Part shown: positions 59,638-64,000 of the stretch, in pieces
Layout of the letters: every line of letters starts with the position of its first letter
Numbering within the stretch: the first letter of the stretch is position 1
The notes under the pieces: generated by a model
Told to the model about the DNA's origin: nothing
What the model saw: the letters and a program-made list of their open reading frames with translations, nothing else
Database searches by the model: none
Made by a program: the position numbers and the translations under genes
From: an uncultured delta proteobacterium
GTDB taxonomy: Bacteria; Myxococcota; Kuafuiibacteriia; Kuafuiibacteriales; Kuafuiibacteriaceae
Assembly (NCBI GenBank): GCA_963803435.1
Contig: CAWDML010000009.1
Coordinates: 992,001 to 1,056,000 of the forward strand
DNA: 64,000 bases
Direction of reading: 5' to 3'

Positions 59638-60650
59638 GGGTCCTCGTGCTCGCCATCTCGGTGCTCGCGTTCCTCGCCCTGGGCACGCTCTCGTACGGGT
59701 GGTACGGCGTGAGCGGCTATCTCGGCTCACCCGCGCTCGGCCCCGGCGATCCCAAGGTCATCGAGATCCCGGACGGCGCCGATCTCTCGACGGCCGTCGG
59801 CGTGCTCCGAACGCAGGGGCTCCTGCCCGACAGTCGCTGGCTCGATCTCTACGTGGACCATCTGCACGAGCCGAAGCCCATCCCGCCCGGGGAGTACGCG
59901 GTGTCGCCCACGATGACGCCCGTCCAGCAGATCCAGCTCCTCGAGAGCGGGAACGTGGTCACCTACACGATTGCCGTGGAGCCCGGTGCGTCGGCCGACG
60001 AGATTGCCGAGGTCCTGGTGGGGAAGCGGCTCGCCGATCACAAGGAGCTCGACTCCCTCCTCTACGATCCCGTGTACGCGCGGTCGCTCGGGATCGACGG
60101 ACCCAGCCTGGAAGGCTTTCTCTATCCCGACATCTACGATCTGCCTCGGCGCCTCTCCGGGCGCGAGCTGCTGGAGCGGTTCGTCCGCCGCTTCGAGAAC
60201 GCCACCAAGGAGGTCGACTTCGCCAAGATGCGGGAGCGCGGCTACTCGCGCTATCAGGTCGTGATCATCGCGTCCCTGGTCGAGAAGGCCGACGTCAAAC
60301 CGGAGGAGCGACGCTTCTTCGCGGCGCTGCTCTACGATCGCCTCAAGGACAACATCGCGCTCTCCAGCAAGCCCGCCAACGCCTACGGCAAGGCCCGGAC
60401 CGCAGAGGGCAGCCCGAACCCGTGGGACACCACCGATCGCGCCGGGCTTCCGGCGACGCCGATCGCCAGCCCGAGCCTCGACGCGCTCCGGGCCGCCGCC
60501 AACCCGGCCCCGCAGCACATCCTCTACACCGCGCCGCGCGACGACGGCACGCACGTGTTCTGCCCCGACGTCGACTGCTACCTGGAGGCCTTCAAGAAGT
60601 GGAAGGGACGCTACCCGCGAGGACTGCCACGGCGCTTCCCCAGAAGGTAG
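59634..60650 (+). CDS. mltG: MltG/YceG-family protein with degenerate active site
   Basis: N-terminal TM, PGEY, LEGFLYPDIY, IASLVEKA, GLPATPIASP. Confidence 0.8.
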   Translation: MRVLVLAISVLAFLALGTLSYGWYGVSGYLGSPALGPGDPKVIEIPDGADLSTAVGVLRTQGLLPDSRWLDLYVDHLHEPKPIPPGEYAVSPTMTPVQQIQLLESGNVVTYTIAVEPGASADEIAEVLVGKRLADHKELDSLLYDPVYARSLGIDGPSLEGFLYPDIYDLPRRLSGRELLERFVRRFENATKEVDFAKMRERGYSRYQVVIIASLVEKADVKPEERRFFAALLYDRLKDNIALSSKPANAYGKARTAEGSPNPWDTTDRAGLPATPIASPSLDALRAAANPAPQHILYTAPRDDGTHVFCPDVDCYLEAFKKWKGRYPRGLPRRFPRR

Positions 60651-61474
60651 GGGCGGTCTCGATCCGCGGCCTGACGAAGCGCTTCCGCCCCCGGCGCCGC
60701 GGCAAGGAGCTCCTCACCTTCTGGCGAAAGAAGGCGCCTACCGCGGCGCTCGACGGGATCGATCTCGACGTCGATCGCGGCGAGCTGGTCGCGGTCCTCG
60801 GTCCGAACGGGGCGGGCAAGACCACGATGCTCAAGATCCTGGCGACGCTGGTGCGGCCGACCTCCGGGCAGGCGGTCGTGGACGGCATCGACGTCGCGCG
60901 GTACCCCGACGCGGCGCGCGCCCGGCTCGGCTACGTCCTCACGGAGGAGCGGAGCTTCTTCTGGCGCCTCTCGTGTCGCGACAACCTCCGCTTCTTCTGC
61001 GCGCTCCAGGGCCTCTTCGGGCGCGCCGCCCGGCGCCGGATCGAGGCCTTGGCCGCGATGCTCGGCCTGACCGCCGAGCTCGATCGGGACTTCATGGATC
61101 TGTCGGCGGGGCAAAAGCAGCGCGTCGCCATCGCGCGGGGCCTCATCTCCGATCCGCCGGTCCTCCTCTTCGACGAGGCCACCCGCTCCCTGGATCCCGG
61201 CCGCGCCGAGCGCGTCCGCCGCGTGATCCGCGAGGTCCTCGTCGAGAAGGAGCACAAGGCCGTCCTCTTCGCGACACACGATCTCGACGAGGCGAGGGCG
61301 CTCTCCGACCGCACCGTGGTGATGAAGGAGGGCCGGATCGCCTGCCAGGGCCGCTTCGCCGACGTCGAGGCCGAAGCGCTCGAGATCTTCCGGCGCGAGG
61401 CACGGAGCGAAGACGCCGACTTCTACCGGCTGTTCGATCCCGACGCACCGCCGACAGCGAGCAGGGACGCGTGA
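60599..61474 (+). CDS. ABC transporter ATP-binding protein
   Basis: GPNGAGKTT, LSAGQKQR, LLFDE, ATHD; start inferred from GGAGG + GTG. Confidence 0.88.
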   Translation: MEGTLPARTATALPQKVGAVSIRGLTKRFRPRRRGKELLTFWRKKAPTAALDGIDLDVDRGELVAVLGPNGAGKTTMLKILATLVRPTSGQAVVDGIDVARYPDAARARLGYVLTEERSFFWRLSCRDNLRFFCALQGLFGRAARRRIEALAAMLGLTAELDRDFMDLSAGQKQRVAIARGLISDPPVLLFDEATRSLDPGRAERVRRVIREVLVEKEHKAVLFATHDLDEARALSDRTVVMKEGRIACQGRFADVEAEALEIFRREARSEDADFYRLFDPDAPPTASRDA

Positions 61475-62289
61475 AGCTCCTCCTCCTCTTCTACGAGTTC
61501 CTCCGCCGCGACGCGAAGATCGCGATGAGCTATCGCTTCCAGTTCTTCGTCCAGGTCGCCGGCGTCCTCTCCATCTGCTTCACGTTCTTCTTCCTGGCGT
61601 TGATGCTCGCCAAGGTCGAGCACGGCATCGGCGCCCTGCAGAAGTATGGGGGCGGCTACTTCGGCTTCGTCCTGGTCGGCATCGCCTTCTCCACGTACCT
61701 CGACGCGGCGCTGCGCACGTTTGGGCTGGCGATCCGGCAGGCCCAGATGACCGGAACCCTCGAGGCCATGCTCACCACCCGCACGCGGATCGGGCCGCTG
61801 ATCGCCGGCTCGGCGGTCTACACGCTGCTGTTCACCACGGTCCGCTCGGGCCTCTTCATCGTCTTCGGCGCGCTGATTTTCCGCGTGCCGGTCCATCTCG
61901 AGACCTGGCCCGGCGCCGTCGCCATCCTCGGCCTCACGATCACCTCGACGCTGGCGCTGGGCATCTTCGCCGCCGGCTTCATCGTGCTCTTCAAGCAGGG
62001 CGATCCGGTCACGGCCGCGATCGCGGGGCTCTCGTGGCTCCTCTCCGGCATCCTCTATCCGAAGGAGATCCTGCCCGCCTGGGTGCAACGGATCGCCGAG
62101 TTCCTGCCGATGACGCACACGCTGGAGTCGATGCGCCTGGTGCTCCTCACGGGCGCCGAGCCCGCACAGCTGTCACGGTCGATCGCGTATCTCGCCCTCT
62201 TCTCCGTGGTGGGTATCCCCCTTGCGCTGCTCTGGTTCGGCTATGCGGTGGGGCGCGCACGGATCGCCGGAAGCCTGGCCAAGTATTGA
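61471..62289 (+). CDS. ABC-2 type permease
   Basis: Six TM helices, GTLEAML, LSGILYP...LPAW...LPMTH. Confidence 0.88.
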   Translation: MKLLLLFYEFLRRDAKIAMSYRFQFFVQVAGVLSICFTFFFLALMLAKVEHGIGALQKYGGGYFGFVLVGIAFSTYLDAALRTFGLAIRQAQMTGTLEAMLTTRTRIGPLIAGSAVYTLLFTTVRSGLFIVFGALIFRVPVHLETWPGAVAILGLTITSTLALGIFAAGFIVLFKQGDPVTAAIAGLSWLLSGILYPKEILPAWVQRIAEFLPMTHTLESMRLVLLTGAEPAQLSRSIAYLALFSVVGIPLALLWFGYAVGRARIAGSLAKY

Positions 62290-62320
62290 GCGAATCTAGG
62301 GGCCGGGGTAGCGTCCCTTC

Positions 62321-64000
<1,680 letters not shown>

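Overview
High-GC bacterial DNA with a gene content typical of Myxococcota (MYXO-CTERM, TIGR02996, PEGA proteins, Hanks kinases, PP2C, PrkA, many lipoproteins). Many conserved genes carry single-base frameshifts, which I read as long-read indel errors. The main finding is a minimal integrative element (40769-45443; about 2.8 kb without its IS) inserted in the 3' end of a tRNA-Glu(TTC). It is bounded by a 12-bp core repeat. Its large serine integrase is cleanly interrupted by an IS1380 (CTAG duplication). Rejoining the element ends rebuilds a 44-bp attP with perfect 11-bp inverted arms. That attP lies inside the integrase gene, so integration swaps the integrase C-terminus. Other notable items: a surface lipoprotein with a BPI/LBP (TULIP)-like C-terminal half; an ECF-FecR cassette whose cognate promoter can be read directly from two identical copies; a 10-bp-phased repeat found at two intergenic loci; an MltG homologue apparently lacking the catalytic Glu; an orphan HEXXH protease; and two internally deleted pseudogenes. 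No CRISPR array or rRNA was seen. All family assignments come from motif recognition by eye, not from database searches.
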